A stretch of DNA of 64,000 nucleotides from Leptospiraceae bacterium (GCA_040217195.1 JAVJNR010000002.1:416001-480000), one strand, 5' to 3'. Counted from the first letter of the stretch, positions 46,373-58,400 are shown. Notes: a model not told the origin generated them from the sequence alone. Program-made: numbers and translations.

Positions 46373-47200
46373 CTAGAGATTCCAGCCCATTCCAATATGC
46401 AGAGCCGGGCTAATCACCGGTGCGCTAAGAATGCGAATTCCAGCGTCGCGATTGGTAAATACCTTGGTCTGGTATTCCAGCTCGGCGAATACGTAGTATC
46501 CGTCCTCTGCATTCCAGCGAGTACCCAGTCTTGGAGCCATCTTTAGCGCTTCGCACTGATAATCTCCGATGCAGGCTCCCAGTCCAAGTCCCATGCCTAA
46601 ATAGGGGTCCCATTCAGAGCCAGGCAAGATGTGCCAGTTGAAGCCAAAATCTATCATGACGTAGCTGTAGCTCTCCGGTCTTCTTAATTGCTCCAGAACG
46701 GGAAGCAATGTTTGAAATGCAAGACTGGAGATCCCCGTGAATTGACTTCCTCCTCCCGAACCAGCCAGTGCCAGAGAATAGGCTGTATTAAATTCTCCGC
46801 AGTTTGCCAGGCAGTCCGTGCTGGCCGATTCATAATTGAGGCCCATGGTAAGCCCGAATCGTTTCAGGTCCCCGATCAAGTATTCCGCACCAAATCTTAG
46901 ATGGCTTTCTGTAACCTTTTCCTTTCTACGGCTCAAAGATTCGGTGGCGGCCAGGGTACCCAGGGTATTGATGGCCGGGTCCGATGAGGGATTGTTCAGA
47001 TGCTGGAGGCCTGCAGAATCCGCTGCACTTTCTTCTGTGAACTGGCCATAGCCTACGGAGGCACGTAAACTCCAGGGCGATGGAAGGCTCTGCGCTATCA
47101 GGGAGGGGGCAATCCAGAAAAAACAAGTTAGAAGGACAATTTGGCGGAAATTACCCGCGGCGTTTCTCTTGAACCAGGCTGAGATGAAATGAAAGGACAT
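46373..47200 (-). CDS. Putative outer-membrane beta-barrel protein with paired cysteines
   Basis: Signal peptide; 'WDPYLGMGLGLG'; C-terminal 'LHIGMGWNL'; CLANC and CIGDYQC. Confidence 0.72.
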   Translation of the reverse strand: MSFHFISAWFKRNAAGNFRQIVLLTCFFWIAPSLIAQSLPSPWSLRASVGYGQFTEESAADSAGLQHLNNPSSDPAINTLGTLAATESLSRRKEKVTESHLRFGAEYLIGDLKRFGLTMGLNYESASTDCLANCGEFNTAYSLALAGSGGGSQFTGISSLAFQTLLPVLEQLRRPESYSYVMIDFGFNWHILPGSEWDPYLGMGLGLGACIGDYQCEALKMAPRLGTRWNAEDGYYVFAELEYQTKVFTNRDAGIRILSAPVISPALHIGMGWNL

Positions 47201-47366
47201 ATTATATAGAAGAATCTTTCAGCGGATCTGCAACAATAATCCGACCAGGGTAGAATCCCTGCGGTTGGCATCTCCGAAAGATTCGGGATACCTCCAAAAT
47301 GCCAGAACAGCATTACAGGAGCATAGGGCCCAGGCGGCAAGGGATCCTAATCCCGGAGTCGGACGG

Positions 47367-48182
47367 CTAGAATCTTAAACCAACTCCCAGAAGGGCCGAA
47401 GGCAGGGGTAATTCTCTGGGAGATCTGCCGGCCGTTGTGCTGTAAGATTCAAACCCGTACTCCAGTCGTAAATCCACCAGAATTAGACCGTTTCGCATTT
47501 GAAGTCCAAGAACAGGACTGGCTCTTGCCATGCCAAAGCAGCCGTCTGCGCAAAGCCCGGCTTGCAGGCTCAATCCGGCGTATGGGTTAAGCAAACCGTC
47601 CGGGTTCATATATACATTGAATCCCATCTGAGCGAAAAGGGCTGAGAATGCACGGTACCTGGGATTCGCATCCAGGGCCTGCAAGGCCAGGAAATCCTGC
47701 AGCAAACGGTTCTGGTCAGCTCCCGGCTGAAGCAATTGTAGTTCTATGGCCTTCTGTGTCGCCTCCCCACACCATTGTACGCATTTGTGACTAGTTTCCA
47801 GATAACCGAAACCCAACTCCAGGCCAAGATGATTTCCATCATCCACAATCCATTCCAGAAGCATTCTTGCATGCGCCTGCTCCGTACGAAGTCTGGATTC
47901 CTGACTGGCTTCCAGGAAGAAGGCGCTTCCAGTTCCGTTGAAAACGTATTGTCCTTCATTTATTAAAAAGGGGACGTACGGGGCTGCCTCAAATAGATGG
48001 GCACCGCTTAATGTATCTCGAACTCCAGCCCCGCCGAATATCTTTACCGAAAAGTCCACTTCGTCCCTGGCATGCAAATCACCGGCAGGAATCATAATAA
48101 TAAGAGCTAGCAGGAAAAGCGCAGTCCAGGTCGCACTATGACTAAAGAATTCCGAAAACGGGCTGCGAGGTGGAATCGTCAT
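47367..48182 (-). CDS. Putative outer-membrane beta-barrel protein with paired cysteines (paralogue of 46373..47200)
   Basis: Signal peptide; 'LNPYAGLSLQAG'; C-terminal 'LLGVGLRF'; CVQWC and CADGC. Confidence 0.72.
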   Translation of the reverse strand: MTIPPRSPFSEFFSHSATWTALFLLALIIMIPAGDLHARDEVDFSVKIFGGAGVRDTLSGAHLFEAAPYVPFLINEGQYVFNGTGSAFFLEASQESRLRTEQAHARMLLEWIVDDGNHLGLELGFGYLETSHKCVQWCGEATQKAIELQLLQPGADQNRLLQDFLALQALDANPRYRAFSALFAQMGFNVYMNPDGLLNPYAGLSLQAGLCADGCFGMARASPVLGLQMRNGLILVDLRLEYGFESYSTTAGRSPRELPLPSALLGVGLRF

Positions 48183-48479
48183 TCCTTCCAGCCTCCGTTG
48201 CGCTGTTCATTTGTAAATAAAACTAATAAATAGGCTCAAGCAATAGCCCGGATCAGTGCCCCGGGTCGCCGGAATTAATCAAATTGTCCTGGTAGTAAGA
48301 ATCAGGGCTCCAATTCCTGACCAATCCGGGTTTCTGGCCGGGGAAATGGCCCGGATTTTTAAGGCCCCGAATCCCGTACAGCCAATTTTCTGAATTCCCC
48401 TTGACCCTGGGCTATACTTCAAAAGATGTGTTCATCTTGCGTCTCTTTTCCTCGGAGAAGGGGTCGTAGGCGGGAGAAT

Positions 48480-48552
48480 GCCCTCTTAGCTCAGTTGGTA
48501 GAGCGCATCCATGGTAAGGATGAGGTCACCAGTTCAAGCCTGGTAGAGGGCT
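48480..48552 (+). tRNA. tRNA-Thr(GGT)
   Basis: Cloverleaf: acceptor GCCCTCT/AGAGGGC, anticodon arm CATCC-ATGGTAA-GGATG, T-loop GTTCAAG; CCA not encoded. Confidence 0.96.
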
Positions 48553-48581
48553 CAGAGCCGTAGGCGCCTGAACCCGTGTCC

Positions 48582-48653
48582 AGGCCGGTAGTTCAATGGC
48601 TAGAATAGGGGTCTCCAAAACCCTTGATGAGAGTTCGATTCTCTCCCGGCCTG
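48582..48653 (+). tRNA. tRNA-Trp(CCA)
   Basis: Acceptor AGGCCGG/CCGGCCT, anticodon loop CTCCAAA, GTTCGATTC; typical position before secE. Confidence 0.96.
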
Positions 48654-48669
48654 CAAAGTAGGTAATACC

Positions 48670-48852
48670 ATGATTAAGTTCATAAAAGAAAGCCGCGAAG
48701 AATTGCGGAATGTAGTGTGGCCCACCCGGGAAGAAGTACTGAATTCTACTATTGTAGTGCTGGGTGCTGTAGTTGTGGCTTCGCTATTCCTGTATGGCAT
48801 AGACCACATGTTTGAAATGGTCTTCAATGCCCTTGTGGAAATAGGCTCATAA
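48670..48852 (+). CDS. secE: Preprotein translocase subunit SecE
   Basis: 'FIKESREELRNVVWP', single TM; synteny. Confidence 0.95.
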   Translation: MIKFIKESREELRNVVWPTREEVLNSTIVVLGAVVVASLFLYGIDHMFEMVFNALVEIGS

Positions 48853-48857
48853 TAGCC

Positions 48858-49391
48858 ATGAAGTGGTATGTGATTCGTACATATTCAGGCCACGAAAAGA
48901 AGGCCAAAACGAACATCGAGAAGATGGTTCAGGCCAGAGGCATGGCCGATAAGATCGGGCAGATTAATATCCCCACAATCAAAGTTGCCGAGATGAAGGG
49001 GGGTAAAAAAAGGGTCGTAGAGAAGAAGTTTATGCCAGGCTACATTGTGGCTGAGCTTGAACTGGACGATGACCTCCGAATCCTGATCGGTAATCTGCCC
49101 TCTATTGCAGGCTTTGTTGGTTCACCGGAACCTCAGGCTTTGACCGAGGACGAAGTCCGTAGTTTGATGAATACTGAGCAATCCTCGGAAGAAGAGGAAA
49201 GTTCGGTGACCCGGATGCTGTTCCAGGTCGGTGAGACTGTTAAGATTGTAGACGGACCTTTTGCGAACTTCACCGGCACGGTTGATGAGATTATGCCGGA
49301 CAAAGGTCGACTGCGAGTGAAGGTTGAGATTTTTGGCCAGGCCACTCCGGTGGAACTGGATTATCTGCAGGTGGCATCCAACGTAGGTTGA
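48858..49391 (+). CDS. nusG: Transcription termination/antitermination factor NusG
   Basis: 'KWYV..TYSGHE', 'FMPGY' and KOW 'DGPFANF.G...VEIFG..TPVEL'. Confidence 0.98.
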   Translation: MKWYVIRTYSGHEKKAKTNIEKMVQARGMADKIGQINIPTIKVAEMKGGKKRVVEKKFMPGYIVAELELDDDLRILIGNLPSIAGFVGSPEPQALTEDEVRSLMNTEQSSEEEESSVTRMLFQVGETVKIVDGPFANFTGTVDEIMPDKGRLRVKVEIFGQATPVELDYLQVASNVG

Positions 49392-49523
49392 GCCTCTGAA
49401 AAGAAGCAGAGTAAAGAGAGAGTTATTGTCTATAGAGATTGTAAGTTGAGGGCTGGGTCCGGATTGATTCCGGGGATCAGACAGGGAATTATAAAGTAAG
49501 CCAGAAGGCAAAGGCATCTAAAG

Positions 49524-49952
49524 ATGGCACAGAAGAAAGTAGTAACACAGATCAAGCTGCAGGTAGAAGCAGGCAAAGCTAATCCGGCTCCTCCCGTAGG
49601 TCCAGCCCTGGGTCAGCATGGCCTGAACATCATGGAATTCTGCAAGCAGTTCAATGAAAAGACCAAGAATCAGGTGGGAATCAAGCTGCCTGTGGTGATA
49701 ACCGTATATGCGGATCGCAGTTTTACATTTATCACCAAGTCTCCTCCGGCTCCTCTTTTGATTAAGAAGGAAATGGGGATTAAGAGTGGATCGGCCACTG
49801 CGGGTAAGACCAAAGCAGGATCCATCAAGCGATCGCAGCTGGAAAAGATTGCTGAGATCAAAATGAAAGATCTGAACTGTCATGACATGGACGCTGCCAT
49901 AGCCGTTCTGTCAGGAACCTGTCGTTCTATGGGCGTAGAGGTGGAGGACTAA
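49524..49952 (+). CDS. rplK: 50S ribosomal protein L11
   Basis: '[29 protein letters not shown]'. Confidence 0.99.
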   Translation: MAQKKVVTQIKLQVEAGKANPAPPVGPALGQHGLNIMEFCKQFNEKTKNQVGIKLPVVITVYADRSFTFITKSPPAPLLIKKEMGIKSGSATAGKTKAGSIKRSQLEKIAEIKMKDLNCHDMDAAIAVLSGTCRSMGVEVED

Positions 49953-49953
49953 T

Positions 49954-50634
49954 ATGTTTCGCGGCAAGCAATGGAAAGCGGTAGCAGATAAGGTAGATCG
50001 GTCTCAGGCACAGGACCTGGAGACTGCAATCAATCTGCTGAAAGAAGTAAGTTATACTAAATTTGACGGAACTGTAGAGGCAGCCATCAAGATAGGCTAC
50101 AAATCTCTGCAGAATGTTCGGGGCAACCTGAAGCTTCCTCATGGCACTGGAAAGGCAGTACGCGTTCTGGTAATCGCCAAAGAGGATAAGCATGCTGAAG
50201 CAAAGGAAGCTGGTGCTGACTTTGTAGGTGCCCAGGATATGATCGATAAGATCCAATCCGAAAAATGGACTGATTTCGATGCCTGCGTGGCTACTCCTGA
50301 TATGATGAAAGACCTGGGGAAGCTGGGTCCCATCCTGGGGCGAAAAGGTCTCATGCCCAAGCCAAAGGCTGGAACTGTGACTGAAGACGTAGCAGCGGCT
50401 GTAAAGAGTCTGAAAGGCGGACAAATGGAATACAAGGCCGACAAGAGCGGCGTAGTTCATCTGCCCGTGGGAAAGGTATCCTTTAGCCCTGATCAGCTAC
50501 AGGAAAATATCAAGACGGTATACCAATCCATTATGCGAGACAAACCGTCGGATGCCAAGGGAGAATACGTACGTAGCTTCTTCCTCGCACCGACCATGGG
50601 CCCGGGCGTACGCTTAAATATGCGTTCCCTGTAA
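49954..50634 (+). CDS. rplA: 50S ribosomal protein L1
   Basis: 'LPHGTGK', 'LGPILGRKGLMP.PK.GTVT' and 'TMGPG'. Confidence 0.99.
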   Translation: MFRGKQWKAVADKVDRSQAQDLETAINLLKEVSYTKFDGTVEAAIKIGYKSLQNVRGNLKLPHGTGKAVRVLVIAKEDKHAEAKEAGADFVGAQDMIDKIQSEKWTDFDACVATPDMMKDLGKLGPILGRKGLMPKPKAGTVTEDVAAAVKSLKGGQMEYKADKSGVVHLPVGKVSFSPDQLQENIKTVYQSIMRDKPSDAKGEYVRSFFLAPTMGPGVRLNMRSL

Positions 50635-50662
50635 GACCCTCTGCAAAGGAAAGGAGATCCAA

Positions 50663-51199
50663 ATGCCTGCGCCAATAAAAGAAGAGAAATTATCCGAGAT
50701 TGCGAAGATCCTCGGTGAACATGAGCATTTTCTTCTGACCACCTATTCTGGTCTGTCAGTAGATGCTCTAACCGAGCTTCGTAACGAAGTGCGAGAAAAG
50801 GAAGGTAGATTAAAGGTCATAAAAAACCGACTATTCATTCGCGCACTTGCTGGTGATAGCAAATTCGGCGAGGCCCTGGACGGCTTGAAAGATCAGCTGA
50901 AAGGGCCCGTAGCCGCTGTATTCGCCAGTGAACAAATGCCAGCAGTGGCCAAAGTACTCGTTGAGAAGAATAAAACGAACCAGAAGATCCAGCTCAAGGG
51001 TGGCTTTTTTGACGGACAGTTGCTAGACGAGTCCGGTGTGAAGCAGATTGCCAACCTGCCTACGAAAGAAGAGTTGCTTACCATCATTGGTCGCGGCTTG
51101 AATACGCCGGCTCAGAAGATCGCTACTGGTATCAACGAGATTATGGCCTCCCTTGCAAGAGGCATCAACGCTGTGGCGGAGAAAAACCAAAACAGCTAA
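50663..51199 (+). CDS. rplJ: 50S ribosomal protein L10
   Basis: 'YSGLSV..LTELR', 'KVIKNRL' and 'LPTKEEL'; synteny. Confidence 0.97.
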   Translation: MPAPIKEEKLSEIAKILGEHEHFLLTTYSGLSVDALTELRNEVREKEGRLKVIKNRLFIRALAGDSKFGEALDGLKDQLKGPVAAVFASEQMPAVAKVLVEKNKTNQKIQLKGGFFDGQLLDESGVKQIANLPTKEELLTIIGRGLNTPAQKIATGINEIMASLARGINAVAEKNQNS

Positions 51200-51247
51200 T
51201 TACAACGTAAAGATTGTCCAGGAAGGAATCGAAAGAAGGAGTCAACA

Positions 51248-51631
51248 ATGTCTACAGACGCATTGCTAGAACAAATTGGCCAGCTTACACTGGTAGAAGC
51301 CGCTGAGCTGGTAAAGAAAATGGAAGATAAATTCGGCATTTCAACAGCCGCTCCGGTAGCTGTTGCTGCTGGCGGACCCGCCGCAGGCGGTGGAGATGCT
51401 GCAGCAGCTGAAGATGCTGAATATAACGTAGTTCTCAAGAGCTTTGGCGAAAAGAAGATCGATGTGATCAAAGTAGTTCGCGAAGAAACAGGTCTTGGCC
51501 TGAAAGAAGCCAAAGATCTGGTTGAGAAAGGCGACCAGGTAGTAAAAGAAAGCCTACCCAAAGCCCAGGCAGACGAGCTCAAGAAAAAGCTCGAAGGTGC
51601 TGGAGCTACAGTAGAGCTTGCTGCCAGCTAA
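51248..51631 (+). CDS. rplL: 50S ribosomal protein L7/L12
   Basis: '[20 protein letters not shown]'; Ala-rich hinge. Confidence 0.99.
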   Translation: MSTDALLEQIGQLTLVEAAELVKKMEDKFGISTAAPVAVAAGGPAAGGGDAAAAEDAEYNVVLKSFGEKKIDVIKVVREETGLGLKEAKDLVEKGDQVVKESLPKAQADELKKKLEGAGATVELAAS

Positions 51632-51649
51632 TCAGCATATAATCATTGG

Positions 51650-51677
51650 GGCCCGGCTAAGATAGCCGGGTCTATTT
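51650..51677 (+). terminator. rplL-rpoB intercistronic hairpin (attenuator-like)
   Basis: CCCGGCTA-AGA-TAGCCGGG followed by TCTATTT. Confidence 0.55.
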
Positions 51678-51712
51678 AAGAATCGGGGCTCTGCGCAAGA
51701 GGTCCGATCCAT

Positions 51713-54700
51713 TTGTATCTGCAGGAACAACACTGGCTTATTATGAATAATCGCAAGAATCTTCAGGTAGTAAACCTGGGTAAGATCACCAATCTTAATC
51801 GAATTCCGGATCTGATTGAAGTTCAATTCCGATCCTTTGAGTGGTTTTTACAAAGAGACTCATCGCCAACCAAGAGAAACACTCAGGGACTGGAAGCCGT
51901 ATTCCAGGACACATTCCCTATCCAGAGCCCCAACGAAGACATGGTTCTGGAATATGTTTCCTATAGTTTCGGCGAAGCAAGATGGGATGTTGATGAGTGT
52001 AAGAGCCGCGGCCTGACTTATGCCATCCCTCTGAAAGCGGTTATTCGACTGATCAATGTGCATACCGGTGAAGTGCGAGAGCAATCGGTTTATATGGGTG
52101 ATGTTCCCATGATGACCGATCAGGGCACATTTATCATCAATGGCGCTGAGCGCGTTGTTGTAAGCCAGTTACACAGAAGCCCTGGTATTTTCTTCTTCGA
52201 AGATGCGGCCAAGGGCATCTACAGCGCTCGGGTCATTCCCTATCGTGGTTCCTGGCTGGAACTGGAAATGGATGCCAAGGGAGTTCTGGTAGCCCGGATT
52301 GACCGTAAAAAGAAATTTCCAGCTACCTTGCTTGTGAAGGCCATGGGTGCCAATACAGCAGAAGAAGTGCTAAAGCTCTTTTATGATACTGAAGAACAGC
52401 GAATCTCAGGTGCACAAGCCAAAGAGATGAAGAAGATCATTGGTCGCCGACTGGCTGCTGCGGTACAGAACCCGGAAACCGATGAAGTGATCATGAATCC
52501 CGGTGAGGCGATCAACGAGGATAACATTGGCATCCTTAAAGAACTGAAGGTAAAATCGGTAAGTCTGCTGGTTTTTCCATCTGGAAGAGATGATACTACT
52601 GTAATTAACTGCCTGGAAAAAGACGGGGCGGAAGGCTCCGAGCAGGCACTGCAGAAATTCCATGCAATTGTTCGTCCAGGTGAGCCATTTAACGTTGAAA
52701 ATGCGAAGAATGAACTGAATCGTTTATTCTTTTCTGATAAATCCTATGATCTGGGCGATGTTGGTCGCTACAAGATCAACAACAAGTTCCGTTTTCACAA
52801 TGAGAAGCAGTTCAAAGACTGCAATGACAGGGCGCTTCGTGAAATCGACATTATTGAAACACTAAAATACTTTGTAAACCTTATCAATGAGGTTCCCGGC
52901 TACAATTACGATGACATCGACCACCTGGGTAACCGTCGGGTAAGAAGCGTAGGTGAACTGCTGATGAACCAGCTAAAGGTTGGTTTCAGTCGTATGGAAC
53001 GTGTAGTTAAAGAGAGAATGACCATCCAGGATGTGGATGTAATTACTCCTCAGGCACTGATATCCATCAAGCCTATCATGGCTGTTGTAAATGAGTTCTT
53101 TGGTTCCAGCCAGCTGTCTCAGTTCATGGATCAAACCAATCCTCTTTCCGAGCTTACCCATAAACGCCGACTGAATGCTCTTGGGCCCGGGGGCCTTTCC
53201 AGAGAGCGTGCCGGTTTCGAAGTGCGGGACATTCATTACAGCCACTACGGCCGTATGTGCCCCATTGAAACTCCGGAAGGCCCGAACATTGGACTGATTG
53301 TTTCCATGAGCTCTCACTGCCGAGTGAATCCCTACGGATTCCTGGAGACTCCGTATCGTAAGGTAAACAATGGAAAAGTGGGTAACGATTTCGTTTACCT
53401 TACCGCTGATATTGAAGAGCGGTACAATATCGCTCAGGCCAACGCCCCTTTAACCGATCAGAGCACTTTTGTGAATAAGATGATTTCCTGCCGTAAGCGG
53501 GAAGACTATCCTTTCTGCTCTCCAGAAGAAGTGGAGTATATGGACATTGCTCCATTGCAGGTAGTGTCGGTTTCTACATCTTTGATTCCTTTCCTGGAGC
53601 ATGATGATGCAAACCGGGCCCTGATGGGCTCCAACATGCAGCGTCAGGCAGTTCCTCTTCTAGTAGATGAGGCTCCCTACGTGGGCACCGGAATGGAAGA
53701 CAAAGCAGCTTACGACTCCAGGGCTTGTGTGGTAGCCAAGGAAGATGGTGTGGTTACCAAGCTGGATGCCACAAGCATCACAATTCAACCCAGTGGATCC
53801 AAAGAGCCAATCACGTTTAATCTGAAGAAATTCAAGCGGTCCAACCAGGGAACCACTGTAAACCAAACCCCTCTGGTAAGCCTTCTGCACGCTCCAGAAG
53901 ATGGAAAAATTGGGAAGTCTACGAAAGAGAAGGTAGAGTTCACAACTGGCAATGGGGAAACCATTGAGATTCCTCTGAAGCAATTTGATGCAGAGTTCGA
54001 ACTGTTTGCCAAGTCTGGAACGGAAGTATCTCGCGGAGAGGTAATCGGTGGCCAGAAAGTCTATGGCGAAAAAAGAGATAAGGATGGCGCCCTGGCCGTC
54101 AAGGGTACTGTGCTGGCGGATGGACCAGGAACAGACCAGGGGCGGCTGGCTCTTGGCAAAAACGTTCTTGTGGGATTCATGCCCTGGGAAGGCTACAACT
54201 TTGAAGATGCCATCCTAATCAGTGAACGTGTAGTAAAAGACGATGTGTTCACTTCAGTTCACGTAGAAGAATACGAGATTCAGGCGCGGGAAACCAAGCT
54301 GGGACAGGAAATCATCACTCGAGATATTCCCAACCTGAGCGATAAAGCTTTTCGAGACCTGGATGAAAACGGAATTATTCGAATTGGTGCTGAAGTAAAA
54401 GCAGGGGATATTCTGGTAGGTATGGTCACTCCTAAAGGAGAAGCCGATCTTACTCCGGAATATAAGCTACTTCATAGTATTTTTGGTGAGAAAGCCCGGG
54501 AAGTTCGAGATACATCCCTTCGCATGCCCAATGGTACCGAAGGTATTGTAATCGATGTTAAGATGTACACCCGTGAAGAAGGGGATGAGCTCTCCGCTGG
54601 CGTGGAAGCCATGGTTAAGGTCTATGTTGCTCGAAAGCGAAAGCTTCAAGTGGGCGATAAAATGGCTGGCCGCCACGGTAACAAAGGTGTTGTGGCTCGC

Positions 54701-55429
54701 ATCATGGCAGAGGAAGAAATGCCATTCATGGATGATGGCACTCCTCTGGACATCGTGCTCAATCCTCTGGGTGTTCCTTCGCGGATGAATATCGGGCAGA
54801 TCTTCGAAACCATGCTCGGATTTGCTGGAAACAAGCTGGGTATTCTCTTCGAAACTCCAGTATTCGATGGTGCCAAAGAAGCAGATGTTAAGGACTACCT
54901 GGAGCAGGCCGGTCTGCCGGACGACTGCAAATTTCAGCTATTCGATGGCCGAACCGGTGATCCATTCGAGGGTCGAGTTTTCTGCGGCTATATTTACATT
55001 CTGAAATTGGCTCACCTGGTGGATGATAAGATTCATGCTCGATCTACCGGACCATACTCTCTGGTGACTCAACAGCCTCTTGGCGGTAAAGCTCAGTTCG
55101 GTGGTCAGCGCCTGGGAGAGATGGAAGTGTGGGCTCTGGAAGCCTACGGCGCTTCGCATACTCTTCAAGAGCTTCTGACAGTGAAATCTGACGATATGCT
55201 GGGGCGAGCCCGGGTATATGAGGCAATCGTTAAAGGAGTGCACTCTATCAAACCGGGTGTGCCTGAGTCCTTCAATGTATTGATGCAAGAACTCCGTGGA
55301 CTGGCGCTGGATGTGGCTCTATATAATGACCAGGATGAGCGCGTGGAAATTACTGATCTCGAGGATGAAGTGAATCGAGGTCAGCGTAAGAATAAGATCA
55401 AGATCGACTCCATTGAAAGAATGGGTTAA
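51713..55429 (+). CDS. rpoB: RNA polymerase beta subunit
   Basis: All conserved blocks ('[11 protein letters not shown]', '[10 protein letters not shown]', '[12 protein letters not shown]', 'GGQRLGEME'). Start TTG 51713 (SD GAGGT) or ATG 51743. Confidence 0.99.
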   Translation: MYLQEQHWLIMNNRKNLQVVNLGKITNLNRIPDLIEVQFRSFEWFLQRDSSPTKRNTQGLEAVFQDTFPIQSPNEDMVLEYVSYSFGEARWDVDECKSRGLTYAIPLKAVIRLINVHTGEVREQSVYMGDVPMMTDQGTFIINGAERVVVSQLHRSPGIFFFEDAAKGIYSARVIPYRGSWLELEMDAKGVLVARIDRKKKFPATLLVKAMGANTAEEVLKLFYDTEEQRISGAQAKEMKKIIGRRLAAAVQNPETDEVIMNPGEAINEDNIGILKELKVKSVSLLVFPSGRDDTTVINCLEKDGAEGSEQALQKFHAIVRPGEPFNVENAKNELNRLFFSDKSYDLGDVGRYKINNKFRFHNEKQFKDCNDRALREIDIIETLKYFVNLINEVPGYNYDDIDHLGNRRVRSVGELLMNQLKVGFSRMERVVKERMTIQDVDVITPQALISIKPIMAVVNEFFGSSQLSQFMDQTNPLSELTHKRRLNALGPGGLSRERAGFEVRDIHYSHYGRMCPIETPEGPNIGLIVSMSSHCRVNPYGFLETPYRKVNNGKVGNDFVYLTADIEERYNIAQANAPLTDQSTFVNKMISCRKREDYPFCSPEEVEYMDIAPLQVVSVSTSLIPFLEHDDANRALMGSNMQRQAVPLLVDEAPYVGTGMEDKAAYDSRACVVAKEDGVVTKLDATSITIQPSGSKEPITFNLKKFKRSNQGTTVNQTPLVSLLHAPEDGKIGKSTKEKVEFTTGNGETIEIPLKQFDAEFELFAKSGTEVSRGEVIGGQKVYGEKRDKDGALAVKGTVLADGPGTDQGRLALGKNVLVGFMPWEGYNFEDAILISERVVKDDVFTSVHVEEYEIQARETKLGQEIITRDIPNLSDKAFRDLDENGIIRIGAEVKAGDILVGMVTPKGEADLTPEYKLLHSIFGEKAREVRDTSLRMPNGTEGIVIDVKMYTREEGDELSAGVEAMVKVYVARKRKLQVGDKMAGRHGNKGVVARIMAEEEMPFMDDGTPLDIVLNPLGVPSRMNIGQIFETMLGFAGNKLGILFETPVFDGAKEADVKDYLEQAGLPDDCKFQLFDGRTGDPFEGRVFCGYIYILKLAHLVDDKIHARSTGPYSLVTQQPLGGKAQFGGQRLGEMEVWALEAYGASHTLQELLTVKSDDMLGRARVYEAIVKGVHSIKPGVPESFNVLMQELRGLALDVALYNDQDERVEITDLEDEVNRGQRKNKIKIDSIERMG

Positions 55430-55442
55430 TCGGCAGGGAAAC

Positions 55443-58400
55443 ATGGCTACAAGAAATCTAAACGAATTCGATTCCATCCGCATCATGCTGGCTTCCCCGG
55501 AGCGTATCCGGGACTGGTCCCATGGTGAGGTGAAAAAGCCGGAGACCATTAACTACCGAACCCTTCGGCCGGAAAGAGAGGGTCTGTTCTGCGAACGGAT
55601 CTTCGGAACCACCAAGGACTGGGAATGTTACTGCGGTAAGTTTAAGTCCATTCGCTACAAAGGTGTGATTTGCGACCGATGCGGCGTGGAAGTGACTCAC
55701 TCCAAGGTTCGTCGAGAGCGAATGGGCCATGTGGAGCTCGCTACGCCAGTGGCGCATATCTGGTACTATCGAAGCGTTCCCAGCCGAATGGGCTTGCTTC
55801 TGAACATGACCATCAACCAGCTCAAGAGCGTTCTTTACTATGAGCGGTATGTAATTATTGATCCCTCGGACTCCGGTCGTGAACGAGGGGAGCTCATCGA
55901 TGAAGAAGAGCATTACGAGTATCTGGACGAATATGGCGATAAATTCGTAGCCATGATTGGCGGAGATGCCGTAAAAGAGCTTCTATCCAGAATTGATGTA
56001 GATGGAGACATTCGAGAAATTCGCCAGAAGATCGCCGAAGGACTGAAAGCATCCGACCGTCGCTTGCTAAAGCGTCTGGAAGTTCTGGAAGCTCTTCGAG
56101 AATCCGGTAACCGTCCTGAATGGATGATGCTGGATGTTACCCCTGTTATACCTCCTGAATTGCGCCCCATGGTTCAGCTGGAAGGTGGACGTTTTGCCAC
56201 TTCCGACCTGAATGACCTCTATCGTCGTGTAATTAATAGAAATAACCGACTGAAGCGACTTCTCGCTCTGAAAGCTCCTGATATTATCGTTCGAAACGAA
56301 AAGAGAATGCTTCAGGAAGCTGTGGATGCATTGTTCGATAACAGTCGTCGCAAGCGTTCCGTAAAAGGAAAGGGCAACCGTCCTCTAAAATCCCTTTCCG
56401 ATATGCTGAAAGGTAAGTCCGGTCGATTCCGCCAGAACCTGCTCGGAAAGCGGGTGGACTACTCTGGTCGATCCGTAATTGTAATTGGACCTGAACTAAA
56501 ACTACATCAGATGGGCCTTCCCAAGAAGATGGCTCTAGAATTGTTCAAGCCATTCATTATGAAGCGCCTGGTGGATCTGGATCTGGCGCCTAACATCAAA
56601 TCTGCCAAGAAGAAGGTAGAGGCAGAAGAGAAAGAAGTATTCGAAGCCCTGGACGAAGTGATTAAAGAGCATCCTGTGATGCTGAACCGTGCACCGACTC
56701 TGCACCGTCTTGGAATTCAGGCCTTCCTGCCCACTCTGGTAGAAGGAAAGGCAATTAAGCTTCATCCCCTGGTATGCAAGGCATTTAATGCGGACTTCGA
56801 TGGAGACCAGATGGCCATCCACGTTCCTCTGTCGCCCAAGGCACAGTTGGAAGCCTGGATGCTCATGCTTTCTCCTCATAACCTGCTCAACCCTGCCAAT
56901 GGGGCTCCGGTAGTATCTCCTTCCCAGGATATGGTTCTGGGAATCTTCCTGATGACTTCGCAGTTAGAAGGTGATGCAGGGGAAGGCAAGATCTTCTCAA
57001 ACCTGGATGAAATCCACTACGCTCTGAGTGTTGGTTCTGTGGGGCTGAGGTCCAGAGTATCTGTGATCCATCAGGATCGACTGCTTCAGACCACTCCGGG
57101 ACGAGTCATCTTCAACGCAGTGATGCCAGAAGATTATCCTTATGTTAACCGCGCTGTATCGGACAAAGAAATTACCAAGATCATTGCTGAAATCTATGAT
57201 CGATACGGTGCAGGCCATACTGTACAGATGCTGGACCGGGTGAAAGAACTGGGCTTCCATTACGCTACATTGTTTGCGCCTTCCATCGCTATCTCTGACA
57301 TTCAGGTATCTCCCAAGAAGCAGGATCTAATCGCTGCTGCAAACAAGGAAGTGGCCGATGTTACCAAAGCTTATAAAAGCGGTGTTATTACAAACGACGA
57401 AAGATCCAAGAAGGTAATTGAGATCTGGACCCGTACAAATGATCTAATTACTGAATCCATGTTCTCTGAACTGGAGCAGGACCAGAAGGGCTTCAACCCG
57501 ATCTATACAATGGCCGCTTCTGGAGCGCGGGGTTCTAGAGCTCAGATTCGTCAGCTGGCCGGTATGCGTGGTCTGATGGCTCGTCCTAACGGAGATATTA
57601 TCGAACTTGCCATTCGCTCCAACTTTCGGGAAGGACTGGGAGTTCTGGAATTCTTTATCTCCACTCACGGCGCTCGAAAGGGTCTGGCAGATACTGCTCT
57701 GAAAACAGCGGATGCCGGGTATCTAACCCGCCGACTGGTAGACATCGCCCAGGATGTAATTGTTACCGAAACCGATTGCGAAACCCCTGAAGGGGTAATC
57801 ATGACTCCTGTTAAAGAAGGAGACAAGGTTAAAATGACTCTGGGGGATCGAGCTTTCGGCCGTGTGGTTGCCGAGAATATCAAGGATCCTGTATCCGGCG
57901 AAGTTGTAATCGCTCGAAATACTTTGATCAATCGAGAAACCGGACGACAAATCGACTCCATGGGTATTGAAGCGATCAATATCCGATCTCCGCTTACCTG
58001 CGAAACGCGACATGGAATTTGTGCTCGTTGCTACGGCATGGACCTGGGCCGCCTGAAAGGCGTGGAAATGGGTGAGGCTGTGGGAACCATTGCAGCCCAG
58101 TCCATCGGTGAGCCTGGAACACAGCTGACCATGCGTACATTCCACGTTGGAGGTGTTGCTACAAACCTTCAGGTTAAGGAAAACGAACACAAACTACCTT
58201 TCCGAGCTCTGGTTAACTCCATCTCCGGTAGAGTTGTAGAGCGCTCCGGAGGAGAGAAGGTATTCTCAACTCGTGGAAGTATTAACCTTAGCCGAATCAA
58301 TCAGGTGCTGGAAACCAGCAAGATGATAGGTCTGAAGGTGGAAGATGAGCAGGTTGTTGTTCCCGGTGAAGTAATTGCCACCGGCTACGATGGAGAAGAA

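Noticed and set aside
42639..48653. Genomic island integrated at the tRNAs
   Set aside because: The variable genes lie 5' of the tRNAs; no duplicated tRNA 3' end and no integrase.
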